Made by a program: the position numbers and the translations under genes
Part shown: piece after piece, positions 38,640 through 58,220 of the stretch
How the letters are laid out: each line of letters begins with the position of its first letter
Position numbering within the stretch: position 1 is the stretch's first letter
Assembly: GCA_023213395.1 (NCBI GenBank)
Contig: CM041465.1
Coordinates: 50,909,741-50,973,740, forward strand
Length of the DNA: 64,000 bases
DNA from: Cycas panzhihuaensis
Lineage: Eukaryota; Plantae; Cycadophyta
Direction of reading: 5' to 3'
The notes under the pieces: model-generated
Told to the model about the DNA's origin: nothing
The model's input: the letters and a program-made list of their open reading frames with translations, nothing else
Databases searched by the model: none

Positions 38640-41600
38640 TTTATCCTCCTCCTCCTCCTCCTAAAGTTGTTCTTAAATTATGACATATAAGTTCTTAAGA
38701 AATTTAGCCTTTCAATAGTTCTAATTTTTATTTTAAAGTCTCTAGAGATATTAAAGTAGGTCCTCAAATAGGGGCTATAGATATGCTGAAAGAATTTTAT
38801 GGTCTTTAATTGTTGGGACTAAACCTTTTAGTAGATAAGGTTTTTGCCTTTAATTTCCCTATTTGGATTAAATTCCTTGACCTCCTAATATATTAGTGGA
38901 CCTTTAGTAAGGAGCTTATCAAACCTTTAAGTGAGTTTTTATCTCCTAAGCCTCATAAAGAATTCAATCCCATGTCAAATATTTCTGTATGTGTTAGGGT
39001 TGATCTATCCAAGGACTTGCTATAATGCATATTAGATTAATGTAGATATCAAGTCCTTATGTAGAGGGTTATGCTTTTTAATATTCCAAATATTTGCTTT
39101 AGGCGTTATTTGAGAGAGCATAAGATTTATAATTTCCTTCTTATTTTAGTTGAGATTGAGTAAAGTATTCATGCTAAATATGACCTATAAAAGAAGGCAA
39201 CCAAATTTAAAATTGGGTGTATTAAGGTCCATAGTGAAAACCCCTTAGCAAGGGTATTAAAGCTAAACCATTGTAAGTGGGGATATAAGACCTTTATTAA
39301 AACCCAAGATAAGTAGGTCCTAGTACCTAAGGAGCCCGGAATGACTATGAAAGACAAAGACAAAGTACTTTAACTGAGCCCCAAGTTTTATTAATGTTGT
39401 CCAATGATCCCTATACCTATATCACCATTTGGCCTTCATAGGTTATAGGGAAACATGACTTGAGCTAAATAGAGTAATAGTAAACAATAGTTAAAAATTA
39501 TTTTGACCTAGTGATGAAAAAACTAAAGACTAATAGAAATAAATTTGAGTTATGGTTCTATATCCTAAATGAAGAGGGAGGAGGAATGAATATAAAGGAA
39601 GATAATCTTGTTGAATATTACTAAATAGAATCTTTAAGGACTCGATAACCCTTGTAGGAGAATCATGGTCAAGAGACTTCAACATAACCTCCACTAACTA
39701 GATGTTATTTATAAGAAATCAAGTGTATTTGTTGGAGTCTCTAGTTTATCCTTTCCTTTTATTTCTCTTGAGTATATGCAATTCTTTACCTTAAACATTA
39801 AAGGCAAGGGAGGAGTTATTATTCTGGTTAAGCCAATAAATATTACTAAGGTCCTCTTATTTGGCTTAAACCTAAAAAATAGATGTGTTTGTATTCTCTT
39901 AAGTTTAGACAATATATTGGTAGGTACCACCAATATATACACACTTAACCATTCTACAGAACATGGAGATCTTTATAACTAGTTGGGGAATAACTTAGTT
40001 AAATCCTTATGAATATTATATGAGGATATCAATATGATTATATCTCCTTTGGTAATATTTGTAGGTAGTCCTTCAAGTGGAACAAGAAAAATAAGTATAC
40101 ATAGATTTTTTTGATCCCCCTACCAATTAAAGCCATGAGGGTCATTAGTCTTAGTTTTTATAATCCAAACTATATATCAAGCATGCCTACATTACACAAA
40201 GACTCAATAAATGCATGATCTTGAATGATAATTTTTTTCACACCTTAATCCTTAGTGGTAGGTCTATGAGAATTTTGAGTGAGGTTGTATTGTCTAACCA
40301 TTATCCTATTTATTTTATCCTTTCCTAGGGGGTAGATAAAATGCCAAGTCAAAGGCATCCTTCCAACTCAATTTCTTCCATCTTTCATCCCTATATAATT
40401 GAATAACATTAACTAGGTTTAGCACCTTTTTCCTTTCTCTCATGGAGAAAGGGGTTGGAGAACCTAATAAGAGGAAACCATTAGCAAGAGTACCTCCTAT
40501 ACATTTTAAGAGTTGGTCCATTTTAAGTTCCCTCTTAAGAATCTAAGGAAGCCTTAGAGGAGTGCCTTTCTATGGTTGCCACTAAACTAAATGCCTCTCA
40601 ATAGGAGGCTTCTGATGCACTACTTGGGCTTGAAGAAACCATAAAGGCCTTAAATTCAATAGCTAATGAAGAGGCACTTATAGTTGATGGGTTTATATGT
40701 AAATTCCATAAATCCACTAGGGATTATACTGTCTTGGTATTTCTTTAGGTTTATAAAGAAGGATTTGAAGTACATACTCTAATAATAAGATTAATCAAGG
40801 AAATATTGATCTTATTCCCAAAGGGGAGACCTATACATGATGACTAATTAACATCCCATCACCTACTAAATGTCTCTTATAATATATTTAGCCAAACTTC
40901 TAGTCAAAATAATTAGAGCTATCCTTCATGAGATTGCTACATCAACATAAACTAGATTTATCAAGGCCTGCTTTATTCTTGATAACTTCATTACTACTCA
41001 GGAGGCTATGGAGTGGGTAAAGTCCTCTTCTAAAAATATTATATTCATGAAATAGACTATTAAAAATATTATGATAGTAGATTGGACATTGATTTTTAAG
41101 ATGCTAAAGGCCTTAGGTTTTGGGGGAAATTTTAGCATAATGGTCTAGACTTTATTTGTAGATGCATTGACTAGTATTCTCCTTAATGGTGTAATCATGT
41201 GGCCTATTAAGCTCTTTTGATCTATCAGGTGAGGGTGTATAATTACCCTATCCTTTTATATGGTTGTTGTTGATGTTGTAGGATGTCTTCTTAAAGATAG
41301 GGTTGTTCAAGGTCTTCTCAAATAGATCTTTCTACCTTGCATGGCAGGAAGGTAATTATTTAATAATATTTTACTGATGACTTTTTTCTTATAATTCAAG
41401 TAGAGCTTAATTACATAAACTAAGCTATAAAGATTATGTAGACCTTTTCTATGGTCTCTAGATATAAAATTCAATGTAGAGAAATAACCTACTTCTTATA
41501 ATCACTAGAAGACAAGCCCAGTTAGTCTAGTCCTATGAATAGACCTTGATTAAGCCCAATGAGATCTTTAAATTCTTGGGCATCCTATTTAGTTTCCATA

Positions 41601-43540
41601 TCTTGATGATGGATATATGAAAGAATGTTATTAATATGGTGGAGAAGAAACTTACTAATTGAACTTCCAAATACCTCTCCTTTGATAACAAATACAAGGT
41701 TTGTTCCAAAGCTCCAATGGATACATATGCCTATGATTATTTATGATAGGTTCTCTCTAATGCTACTTATGATGGGATTATATATCTCATAAGAATGTAA
41801 CTTTAGTTTCTTAAAGAAGACAAGAAAGTATTTAGTTGGGTCAAGTGATAAGCTTTTTATGGAAGAAGACTAAAGGGAGGATGGATCTCATTGATATTAA
41901 GTTATAATGAGATGATTTTTATGCCAACCAGCTAATTAGAGCTAAAGAGGCAAGGAAGCATGGAAATTTTGGTTAGATATAATTTATCCTAAGCTAGACT
42001 ATGTGGACATAGTGACTTTATCCTCTTGTTGCATATAACTTTGATCTCCCCAATACCTACTAAGGTGGCTAACTCATTTGTATCCAAATCTATTTGAGAT
42101 ACTTGGGAACACTACAAAATGTGGTTGTTTTGGCAAAGGGATGAGTTGAGGAAGGGTTTCATTTTTAGGGAGTAATTTATATAGTAATCACTTATTATTA
42201 TTAAAGATGAGGCATGCCTTTAGTCAACTTCCTTGATTCAAAGCCAATATGCTAAACAAAAAAGGCTCTTCTACCATCAAGTAACTATTTGATTCCAATA
42301 TGTGGTGATGGAAGATACAGCTAAGCATCAAACAAGAATTTTAACTTATGGCCTCGCATAGCTTATCATTAAAGAAATATAAAATTGTTACTCAACTATG
42401 TAGGTGCCTAATTTAGCCACCTTTAGAAGTGTAAAATGGTAGAAGGATTAGGTTTGGAACTAGATTAAGTCCTTTATCAAGTTTTTTGCATCATATATTT
42501 ATAAGTTACTTGCTCATAGTAACCTCATAGGTGACAAGTTGAATAGAGTATGGAATATTATTTATAACAAGAAGGTTTAGTTGAAAAGGTTTGAAACTCT
42601 TTAGTAGGCCTTAGTAGATCCTTAAAAAATCTTGTACATGGTCCACTTTAGATAATAATTAGTTTTTAAGTAAGGATTGTCTAAGATTGGTTACCTAAAT
42701 ATGGTGTGCATTATTTATGGCTAGTTAGAAACTATCCTACATCTCTTTTGGTGATGCCCATTGGCCAAGTTTATTTGGGAATGGTTAAGCTATTTACTAA
42801 ACCTAATATTTATGAAAAATTATATAGAAAACTACTGTACTTAGGACTAGTAAGTTATTTCAAAGACCTTTAGCTTTGCTTATGGTATACTCAAGGTTAA
42901 AATTTTATATTGCAAATGGAAATATAAATATACTATTCTTTTTGGTAATAAATCTCCCTTCTTATTGCTAATTAATGATATGGTTACCTTTGCATTGTCT
43001 ACTTCCTTATTATAAATCAATATGCAAATTAAGAAGGTGCAAAAAGAACATTCCTATATACTCAAACTTATTCATCACTAAAGATTGGCACCAAGTGTAA
43101 TGAGCAAAGTCCCTTTAGAGGAGAGTAGTTTATAGTAGAATTTGATTATATAGAGAAGTAGATCCAATGGTTGTAGTGGGTCTTAAGGTAAGTGTCCCTC
43201 TCTGAACAAAAGCTCCTCCTTGCCTTCATAGGTGTTACAATTAAGCTTTAATATATAGACCAGTTGGAGTAAAGCTTTTTGTAATTAGGCTGGGGGGTGT
43301 TAATGGTAAAACCACCCAAGTCAAATACCCTATTAATGTAAAGACCACTTGGGCTATATGCTTAGAGAGGATCCCATGGATAATACAAATGATATTTGAG
43401 ATCGCTTGATTAATATAAGAACTCTAATTGATGAAAATCAAGCTTATTTGTTAAGTGCTTTGGAAAACAACCTAGTTGGTATTTTATAATATTCCCTAAC
43501 AATATATTTATCTTATTTAATAAAGGAAAAATAAAAATAA
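38640..43540 (+). mobile_element. Degenerate near-full-length L1-clade LINE
   Basis: ORF1 motifs PIWIKFLDL, CVRVDLSKDL, NIPNICF. Endonuclease remnants (TNIYT, DINMI, LSNHYPI). RT remnants (LIPKG, PITLLNVSY, FILDN, SIR*GC, FTDD). A-rich tail ~43518-43540. Boundaries are approximate. Confidence 0.85.
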
Positions 43541-46500
43541 CTTTGTGATGGGAATTAAGATTTTATGAAGTAACTTGATTGATGTAGAGATGGGAAGAAA
43601 TATGTTTCGAGGCACATGATTAGACAATGCATAAACTTAGATAACAAAGCCATCCAATTAACCTCAAGATCGTTTTGGTTGAAACTTTTCAAAAGGATCA
43701 TGAAGTCAACATGTAAGACTAAGGAACATATTCTAATTAATATGACATTACTAAAAAGTCAAGAAATGGTGTGTATAAAATAGAGTTATAAACCTAATCT
43801 CCTTATTGTAGATGTAGGCATAAGAAAACTACATTTAATAAAAAATAAAATATTTTTCTTGAGGTACGAAGTTGGGTATAAGGTCAAGTACAAAAATTAT
43901 AACTAAGCACTCTCACCTATTTTTATAACCCCTTAGTGGTGCATCCTAACAATTTAGCACACCTTGGCATGATAAGTAAAATGCTTAGACCATTGGCATA
44001 CAAATGGACAAATGGTTGAATGTTATTGGTGCATTTCTTGTAAGTTAGTGACAAACAACTAAGGCCAAACTTATGGTAGATAATGATAAATGACCATGAG
44101 ACATGAGGTATTCCATCATATGTTGATATATATAATAAGAAGGAATTAAGCATAATACAAATTAGTATATGATGGATTATGTGTTATGCAAGTGTTAATT
44201 ACACAAGATAAATAATGTCATTGGAATAATTTAGAGGCAAATGTTTATAAGTGAGGGTCATATAATTCCAAGCGTATAAGCTTTTGCTTGGTTAAAAGGG
44301 TATTTTCATCCTATGTTTAGTGTGATGATTGAGTGATAGAAACTATTGTATGTATTCTTATGATAATGTAATACTGAGCATATGCCATGTGCTATGTATT
44401 ATTATTATTCTTGTGATTTCCATTATGATGAATTAAGAAGTATTATGTGATAGTCCAAAGTATGTTATCTTAATTAGGATAACCATGTGGAGTCACTACA
44501 TTGTTAAAAAATAAGATCACTAGATAAAACCTTAGCCACAAAAATGGCACCCTCATTCAAAATGATAAAGGTTATAAGGCACTAAGAAATTTAATAAGCC
44601 ACAAACATGATTACCATAGAAGGGCTAGGCAAACACTAAGGTTGAAGATCTAAAATAAGCAACATATATAGACCTCATGACAATAACAAAAATAATGTAC
44701 TTAATCTTGTTTGTAACCTTTAAGCATCTACAACTAGCATATGTATACTCCCCTAACTATATTAATCAATCTATTGAACATTGTTTTATTATTAATATCA
44801 ATCCATCCATATATTCTTCTTAGCAATTATAGATCTAATCAATGCCCCTTTCTTTAATTCTTCCACATACATCCTTATTGTTGGGTCTATCATTAATGTT
44901 ACTCTATAACCAATGCATTTATGGGTTCATGACTATAAAACTCTATCACAATAGTCTATTTATATCATATATATATTTATCTAATATGCTAGTAATTCAT
45001 TTCTACTACTTCACACCATTAACACTACTAATTAACATTGCTAACATTTATGTATTACTACCAATAGTCCAAAACACTAGTATCATACAATGTGCATCAA
45101 GCACCATCTATTATAGCTTTTATTGTATTACGTCCTCTACCACCAAAGTAGATACATTCACAATGCCTTCATTCAAAGCCCGTAAACTATAACTTGCATT
45201 TTATATACTATTTTTGTTGTGGAATACCTTAACCAACTTAACTGCATCTTGATTTTATCATTCATATTTTTTTCACCTACTAGTCTATAATGGAAAAAAT
45301 AAAGAGAAAAAGGGAAGGGGAAATATCTAAGTCTAAACTTTAGGCTTTATATTTAATTTTATAAAACCTTATTAACCTTGGGCCAAGGTCATATAGAACT
45401 ACTTCTCTAAGTGTTTATCAACTCAAAAGGCCCCTTCATTACATCAAGATGTAGATTGATTAAACTTAACCAAGGCCATGGAGGTTTAAATTGAGTTCAA
45501 CTAAGAAGAGGATGAAATGATGATTATATGGGATGTAGAATTGGTAATTAAAGTATTAAAAAAATAAGAGAATGGATTTAAAAGAAAAAAAAGGTCATAG
45601 GATCTTATGCTCTTTTGAGCATCTTTAATCTATACAAAAATAGATGAATAAAAAATAAGGGAAGCTTGTTATTCGATAACTTAACAATGAGATAAAGACA
45701 TATGAACATAGAGTATGGATAGGCCACATAACCTAATAATGTTTAATTAATGATAAAGAAAAGGCACAAATTATCACATGGTATCTTGATGGTATTACTT
45801 GCAAGTGGTTATAATATTTGGAAAGAACTTAATACAAGACCCAATAACCTCCTTGGGGGAATTCATCACTCTCTCTTTGAAAAGGTTTAAAGGTGAGTTA
45901 TGTAAACTACAAAAAATAAGATCAATGGAAGAATGCAATTCCAACTTTATGAAACTATTATATATAGTTGATGACATCCTAATAAATGAACTACTTCAAA
46001 TGTAAATCAATGTCTAATTATAGAGATCCATCCATATCTCAAGATAACAAACTTAAAATACCTAAAAAAAGTTATGTACCTAGACAAACTCTAAATTAAA
46101 GGTACAATAACATTAAAAAGATAAATAAGGAGCATGCATGGTACCATGTGGTCAATATATAAGTATTAAAATTTTTGATATACCTTATGTGAAAGCTTTG
46201 ATATCATGTTAAAATTTATTACACATAATAACATATTGAAGTAGATATATATATAAAGTATTCATCAATATAAAATATAATAAATAATAATAATAATGTA
46301 TGCATGCAATAATATAGCTCAATAATCACATAAGAAAGATAACACATGAGACACTAGATTTATATGTGGAAAATCCTAGATAGTAAAAACCATGAGAGAA
46401 GGGCGAAGTATATCTCTTTTTATTAGATTATCTCATCTCATCTCAAATATTCAAATGATGTATGTACATATTTATAAGTTCATCACCTCACATATTAAAC

Positions 46501-47117
46501 AATCGTATTATGTCGATATAACAACCAATCATATCATATGCATAAGAAACTTTTTATATTGACTAATGATTACTTTGGCATACTAATTAAATATTATATC
46601 AATATTATGAAACTAAATATTCTAACACTTCCCTTTAATATTTAATTTATTAAATTATTCAAATATCTTTGTCTTCATGTTGGATCACCTACTCATCTAT
46701 ATTTTTATTTCATTTGTATCACTTGTAAATTAATTTATCAAATTTATCTTGATTATGCATATCTACTACAAGAAAATCCTATCATATTATAAGCATATTA
46801 TATCATCACAATGTATCACACCAACCAACTATAAACCATTAATCAATCAAACATAACTCATAACTCTCAACTCATCATGATATATAAAGTTTTTCTTCTC
46901 ATTAACTTCTTAAATTCCACCCATAAGTTACAAACAAAACTCATTAAATTATTAATTAAATAATTTACTAATATTTATATAAAATAATAACTATCTATCA
47001 AAATGCATGGGTAATCAACCATTGTAATTAGTAGTTATCTAGAAAATGCTTCTTATATATAGCTCACTAACTTCATAAAATAATCATAATAAATTGTTGT
47101 TAGTAAAATATATTATA

Positions 47118-50969
<3,852 letters not shown>

Positions 50970-53212
50970 TTATATAAGAGTAATTTGTGAATCTTTCTCA
51001 TCTCTTACCTATGAGATATAAATATGATACCACCATTAATGTTTATGCATATATATTTATAATTTTATTAGAAACCTATCTCATCAAACATCTTCTTTAA
51101 CCAACTAATTATGGGAATAGGGCATACCACTTAGGCTGTCAGGTTAGTTGAAATAAGATAATATATAATAATGTGTTTCCATGCCTATTATCATATATGG
51201 AAATTATATTTCTAACTAAAAAACATATATCAGTTGGGCTTCTCAATATTTGAACCTAGTTTTATAGATAACTCACAACTACTATTACCAATTTTAACAA
51301 ACGATCAACATATGAGACTTCTCCCATGTCTCATATCAGGTGGATAAATAACTATATTAAACTTTTAAAATATCAAACTTAATCAACCTTTTATGTAAAT
51401 AACATCACTCTCTCAAACAATTAGGTGGTCTCCAATATGTTCTCATTTAATCAAACCATATGTCAAATTAGGTGATTGTTCATCTCATCAACTTATATCA
51501 AATTCATTTGATTAGTATTGCATAATCCACTTTATCAAATGTATAAAATACCTTAGGGAGATTTTTAATCATGTTTAGCATGTAAAATATGTCCTCATCT
51601 ATTATCAAGATTCTCGCATATGTGCTTAATATTCTTAATTTTAAGCCTGTAATGTATCTTAAATTGAGCCATTTATATCTATATTTATTAAAATTTCAAC
51701 TAAATTCTATTTAAAACTCTTCATTAACTATTAATTTATGTTATAATGTGCTTAAGAGCTTTTAAGATCACCAAATTTACCAAATCATAAGTAAAATTTC
51801 TCAAAATTTAATTTTTTACTTATTCAAGTTTATTAATTAAAATCTCCTTCAAGTAAGCTTCAAGTTATGCCTTATGATTAGTTGTTACTTCTATCTTTGA
51901 ATCCTCTTTCTAACGTAACTAATACTCAAATTTAACTCCATATAATAAAATTATTCTTAAAACTATACCATATATTATAGAAAAATAAATATATATTAAA
52001 ATTTAATATAACACCTTTCATTTTGGCACTTGTTCATGTGGTGTGCTCCATATGACTATGAATTATTCCTTTGATATTAGAGAAATCTTTAAGGTTGATT
52101 TTAATTCACTTAAATATGAAATAAACTTCGTAAAAAAAAATGCACCCAAATATATATATTTTTATCATTATTTCAGTATTAGGGTTTTATTGTTTATAAG
52201 GGTGACTATATACATACATGCATTTGTGAATGTAATTTGGGCAAATCTTAGTTTAATTTCTTCATAAAGAGTAATTGTGACTTCTCTATGGGCTTCTATA
52301 TCCATTTGAGTGAGAATTATATTCTCAAATTACCAAGGGCATTTCTTTGATGACATCTCCATGTGTGACTTATGGTTATGTTTCTCTAATGGCATCCATT
52401 TAAGAAAATATCTATGTGTGAGTAAACCTATGTATTCTCTATGGCTTCATGGATTATTTTCTCTATGGGTAGATTTGAGATGTCTTCTCTCTATGGTGCT
52501 TTGCACCTCAAACATCTATTTAACCTTTTATATGTTTTATCCATAACTAGTGATAATCATACCAGTAAAAAAAGTATTTGTTATGTGATGATTATTTTAA
52601 TCTACCTGCAAGCTTTATACCACCATGGGTGCTCCTCTATAATAGGCTACCTAATACTAAATATTTACATTTATCTTCTTGATATTTTTAATATCATTTA
52701 ACAATATTATCTCCATATATGTAAACCTACCAACTAACTTGTATTTTGCTTTGATGTTCTAGCCACAAATATTTAACAAACTCAACATCATTTTTGAATC
52801 CTTAAGTTCATTAATAATGATATAACTTGGAATATATTTTAAACCCTAGTTTGTTCCTTTAACATCATCATAATTTATAATATAGGATAACAAACCTTAA
52901 CTACAAACCCTTCCCATATTCTTAATCAAATTTTCTCTTCAAATCCTAATTTGATATCCCATAACTCTATCATTAATATTTTTTAATTATTCATTTAATC
53001 AAATCAACTAGTATATCATCAAAAAATTTTAAAATCTTAAATGCGTCTATCCAGTCAATAACTGTCAATACTTGTTATTAAATTACAAATGATTCAATGG
53101 TGAATATTTCATTCTTAAACCTAAGGAAATTGGCTCAGTATGCTAGAAAATCTCTATTGAGAAGCTCATAGTAACCTCTACAAATTTAAACTAAAAAGAA
53201 CACCATATTTGT

Positions 53213-53214
<2 letters not shown>

Positions 53215-53260
<46 letters not shown>
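53215..53260. repeat. (AT)n microsatellite in the E8 leader
   Basis: Direct reading. Confidence 0.97.
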
Positions 53261-53263
<3 letters not shown>

Positions 53264-56200
53264 TTATAGCAACTTCCATTCACATTTATAAGGGGGAAAC
53301 CTACATAGGCGAAGTTCATGCAGAAATAATCTATTTTCACTTTCATGGACTCATTTAAACCTATATGTTTCATGAAATAGGGATCCTTTATACTTAAAAT
53401 ATCCAAAAATGCACCAATCAAATTCTCACCATTATTTTTAATCTTTAATTATTATCTTGCCCCTGATATATGGTCACATCTCCTTACCATATCAAATTTT
53501 GAGTCATCATCAATATTTAATATTGACTCTATTATTGGCTCTCATAATATATATATGGATCATCCTTGAATGGCAAGATGTTTACCATGTATATATGCTC
53601 TTCTTTTCTTCTCTCTTTAATCTACTTCTTACTTCTATTACTTAACTTAGATCTATCATCTCACCAAGACCTTCACCTATGTTATGTACTTCACCTTAGT
53701 TCTCAACCGAGCCTTTAATACCATGCTAAATTTTTTATATGCCTTATACAAAGACTTTAATACCATGTTAAAATTTATTGCACATGATAATATATTGAAG
53801 TAGATAGATATATAAAACATTCATAAATATAAAATTGTAATGGATAATAATGAAATATAAACATTCATGAGATATTTATGATAAACATTCAAGCATAATA
53901 ATAAAATTTTTATATATAAATATAACATAATAATCACACAAAAAAGATAATATATGAGACACTATATTTATATATGAAAAATCCTAGATGGGAAAAACCA
54001 TGGGAGAAGAGTGAATCACAGAGTTCACCATTAGCTCATCTCATCTCCTCTCAAATATGTAAATGATATATGTATATATTTTTAAATTTATCACCTCATA
54101 TAACAACTAATCATTTCATATTAATACAAAAGCCAATCACATCATATGTGTGAGAAACCTTTCACGTTGATAAATGACTACTTTGGTACACTAATTAAAA
54201 TTTGTATTGATGTTGTAAAACTAAATATTCTAATAATAAGAAGTAACACTAAGGAAGCACATGGGAAATTTCATAGGGAAATCACTCTTATAAGGGAAGA
54301 GGGTCTAAGAAGAATTAGATCACTAATACTCAAATTATTAAAGGTAGAACAAACTGACTTGAGAAGAAAATGATTATGCTATTGGTGTAAGAAAATAGAG
54401 AGATGGGCATAAGTATGCATAAAAATAATTGTATACCATTAAACTAAGTTAGAAAATGAAAGGGATACATGTGTAATATTTGAAAAAGACATCCTAAAAT
54501 AAGACTTGTCTAGTTTAGATTGTAACACCCACCCCCATCTCCCTCCCCTCCTGAACATACAATTGCCCTTAAAAGAATCATTTTCAATCATGATCAAACA
54601 TACTAAAACTCCAATGTTATATTAAAAAGGAGCATGCTATAATACTCGTGGATCTAGGCAATATCTATAACTTTATAACATTATGCATTATTGAATATCT
54701 CAAGTTGATACCCACTAAGATTGTAAATTTTAAGTTTCAGAAGTGTGACATTAATAATGTAAGGTAGTTGGAGGAACCTTAACCTTAATGCAAGGAAGAT
54801 AATTTTAAAAGAGGTATAGATGTGGTGCTTTTATAATAAATGTTTAATAAAAATAAGCAACTTTCACATGAATTGATAAAGTTTGTTTATATATTTCAAT
54901 CATGAGGAGAGGATTGTGATACTTTAATTATTTAGCACTCAAAAAACATAAATTGTTTCATCTTGTTAGATGTAGAAATTATTAAGTATCACCCAAGAAT
55001 AATTCTAAAACTTTTCTATAAGTAATGACAAAAATGAAGAAATTCAAGACATCATAAATAAATAGATGAATATCCTTCAAGAATTATTCATAAAATTACT
55101 TCTTTAATAGGAAATGGAATATATAATCTAATTTTAGCATGGAATCAATTGAATAAATATACATTTGTATTAATTTTATTAATTATATAAGGGCCTGATC
55201 ATCTAATTTGAGTTTTTTCAATATCTTCTTAGAATTCATTGTCACAGAGTAATACGATATCCCTTTATTCAAGATTTGGAAACATCATATGGCAAATATT
55301 CTATGTTTTTCCTGGTTTCTTATCAACTAGATTGTCTACAATGTAAGTATTTCATTTTCATCTAGTTATACTGGCTTGTGTGTGGATGTGCATGTGTATG
55401 GAGGAATTTCTACTTTCTTAGTCAAATAAGGTATTTTAATGCATAAGTTGGACACATGCTACTTAAATGGAATGGTTGCCTCTAAACCACAAGTTTTAAA
55501 AAAAGGAGTTTATCTCATATATTTATTTGTAAATTGTTTAGAATGCCCACAAACTAAATACAACATTCTAGCCAATTAGAATGCCTAACATCACATATTG
55601 TTCTCAATGAATTCTTGAGTATTTTATTTAAACTCATAACTCAACAATCTACTTTTAGATAATAGGGAGCTAATTTACAATGAATAATCATGAATTTGAC
55701 TATAAGATTATGGGTTACATATGTCCATATTTCTTAATGCTTTTGCCTCTATCTACTTTATCACACCAAAATGTAGTGTGCATGAGATTGTCTCATTACT
55801 AACTTACTAGAGCTAACATAGCCTAGCCCACACCCCCCCTTCCCCTACCCCCTCCCTTTCTTAAATAGTACATAATAACAATGTGTGATTGAGAAGGGCA
55901 AAATTTCCGTTTGTTACCTTCCTTGTTCTTTAGTAATAATCTCATGGCTTGGCCCATTTTTCTATATATATGAATAACGTATACCACCATAATTATGCAT
56001 GTGATATCTTATCCATTGTGCCATCATTTGTGACATGTCCTACTCTTAGGCCTTAATGGGATTGGCTAAAGCTTTATACAATTTTATATTATGGCATGCA
56101 TCTCCTTACAATATTATTTGGTCTAATTTTATGCAATTCTCTATGAATTAGTTAATGCAAGTTGATTACTTTAAGCTAATTCTCTCACTCCACTTCATCC

Positions 56201-58220
56201 ATATTAAGTGGCATTATTCTAGTGGCTAAATATTTTGTAACTCTACCTTATCATTTAGAGTTTCTCTCTACATGAAGTAATTCAACATTGGATATATCAT
56301 TGCTAATTATAATTGCTTTCTCTCTATTTTTAATATGTTATAATTTATCATGAATGATATGGGCCTTCCTTCCTTAGTTTTATTATAATCTTAAATAAAT
56401 AGTAATGATCACATGCTTATTCTCCTCTATAATACTAGTTTATTATACAAATACATTAATGCTTATTGATATACTTATAAATTAAAGTGATTTATAAGTT
56501 GGCAATACTTAAAATCTTTTGTGCTTGGTTCTTGTATATTTTAGTTGGTAAAAATTAACTAGTTACTACAAAAGTTCTCTATATGATCAATTTTCTCATA
56601 TATTAATTTAGCTAATATACATATTATGGTGTAAAGTGATAGATCAATATGTATATGAAAAGATTTTAACTAAGGATTGATTCATAAGGTATTCTTAGAT
56701 TTGATGCTTTAAATACCACCTATTCACTTATCCCCCATGTCTATGGTGTTCCATTTTACAACGATTTATCTAAGGATTAAGAAATAGAGATATAGTTCTT
56801 GATAAACTACTTATAATAACCTTATCATCTTGGAAACCTCTTTACTTATTTTAATGTGGTTAGAATAATGCATACCTTGGTCATATATAGTTTTATTTGG
56901 CCTATTACTAAGCACTTCTAAATGATACTATTCTATCAACTTTGTAAATAGCAACATAAAATTGTATTTTTCTAAGTTAAGATAGTTTTCTTTTAGGAAA
57001 CATTTCTAATATTTCTCATAAATTCTTATTATATCAGTTATTAAATGGACCATAAAGTGTTTAGTCATTAAAAATCACTTATACCTCAATCCTAATGATT
57101 TCTTTAAATATGTTAAGAACCATCCCATTAAATGTTGTTGAGGTGTTTGTTGCTCTAAGTGATAATATACCCTATAAGAATAAGTTCCTTATTATGTTAC
57201 AAGTATAGTTTTCCACTAATATTTTGGACCTATACTAACCTAATTGTAGCCATTAAACCCATATGTAAATGAGTATAGTTCATGTGCAATCACTTTTGCC
57301 AATACATATTTTATAAATAATATTAGAAATTAGTCTTTCATATTTACCTGATTTATTATATTCATATATCCCAAGAAAAACTTAACTTTAAATGAACTTA
57401 AAAAGATTTAAAATAGTGAAAGTGACATTTCATTCCCATAGCCCAAAAAAAGTTATCTTCAAATAGAATTAAAAATGATTAAAATAATTAATGTAAGTTG
57501 TTATATAAAGACTTGCTTATTAAACTTTAGAATCATGAGTTTATTTTTGTTTATAACTTATTCCTTTAGGTATCCTTAGGGCTTACGATAATTTTGTTGT
57601 AATTATTCTATTATAATTTAAGAACTTTCTTTCCATTTTAATTTTGAGTTCATCATAAGGAGCATTGGAACATAATTATAGATAATTAGGATTTATCAAA
57701 TATCTACAATTTTATAGATGCAAACAACCAAATTTAAAAAATTTGACCATATATCTAAGATAATCAAACTTGTGTAAATTTGAAATGGATATACTATAGA
57801 TTTTGGAGTAAAATTACAAAGGTTATAAGGGTTTCAATATCAATGCACTATCCACTATTGTCTATAAGGTAGAAAATATATTACTATAACTTTAAATAAC
57901 CATAAAAGGGCTTATAGGTATCTAAATGATTTTAAATTATTTTCGAATAATTACTTCTTAAACTCTACTTTTTGTTAGAAGTAGTTTTAGTTTAATTAGA
58001 TGTTAGAATAGAAGGTTGTCATCATTTTAGTAATAGGTATTATTGTAGGGTCTAAAACTTTAACTTTCAATCTAGTTTGAAAGGGCTATAACTTCTATTA
58101 CAAGTATTAAAATTCAGTTTCATATGAATTATTAGAATCATGATTCTAATATCTTAAAAATAAGTTATTAGATGATATATTTTGGTAAATATTAGTAGGA
58201 AAATTTTTAAAGTTGATCTT

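Noticed and set aside
44842-45192. Hydrophobic 116-aa ORF (and similar ones at 37089, 59026, 59241)
   Set aside because: Low-complexity products of AT- or pyrimidine-rich decayed repeats with no recognisable domain.
54521-54750. TGTAACAC...GTGTGACA segment as a solo LTR
   Set aside because: The termini fit, but the flanks (TAGAT/TTAAT) do not form a convincing TSD and there is no second copy in the window.
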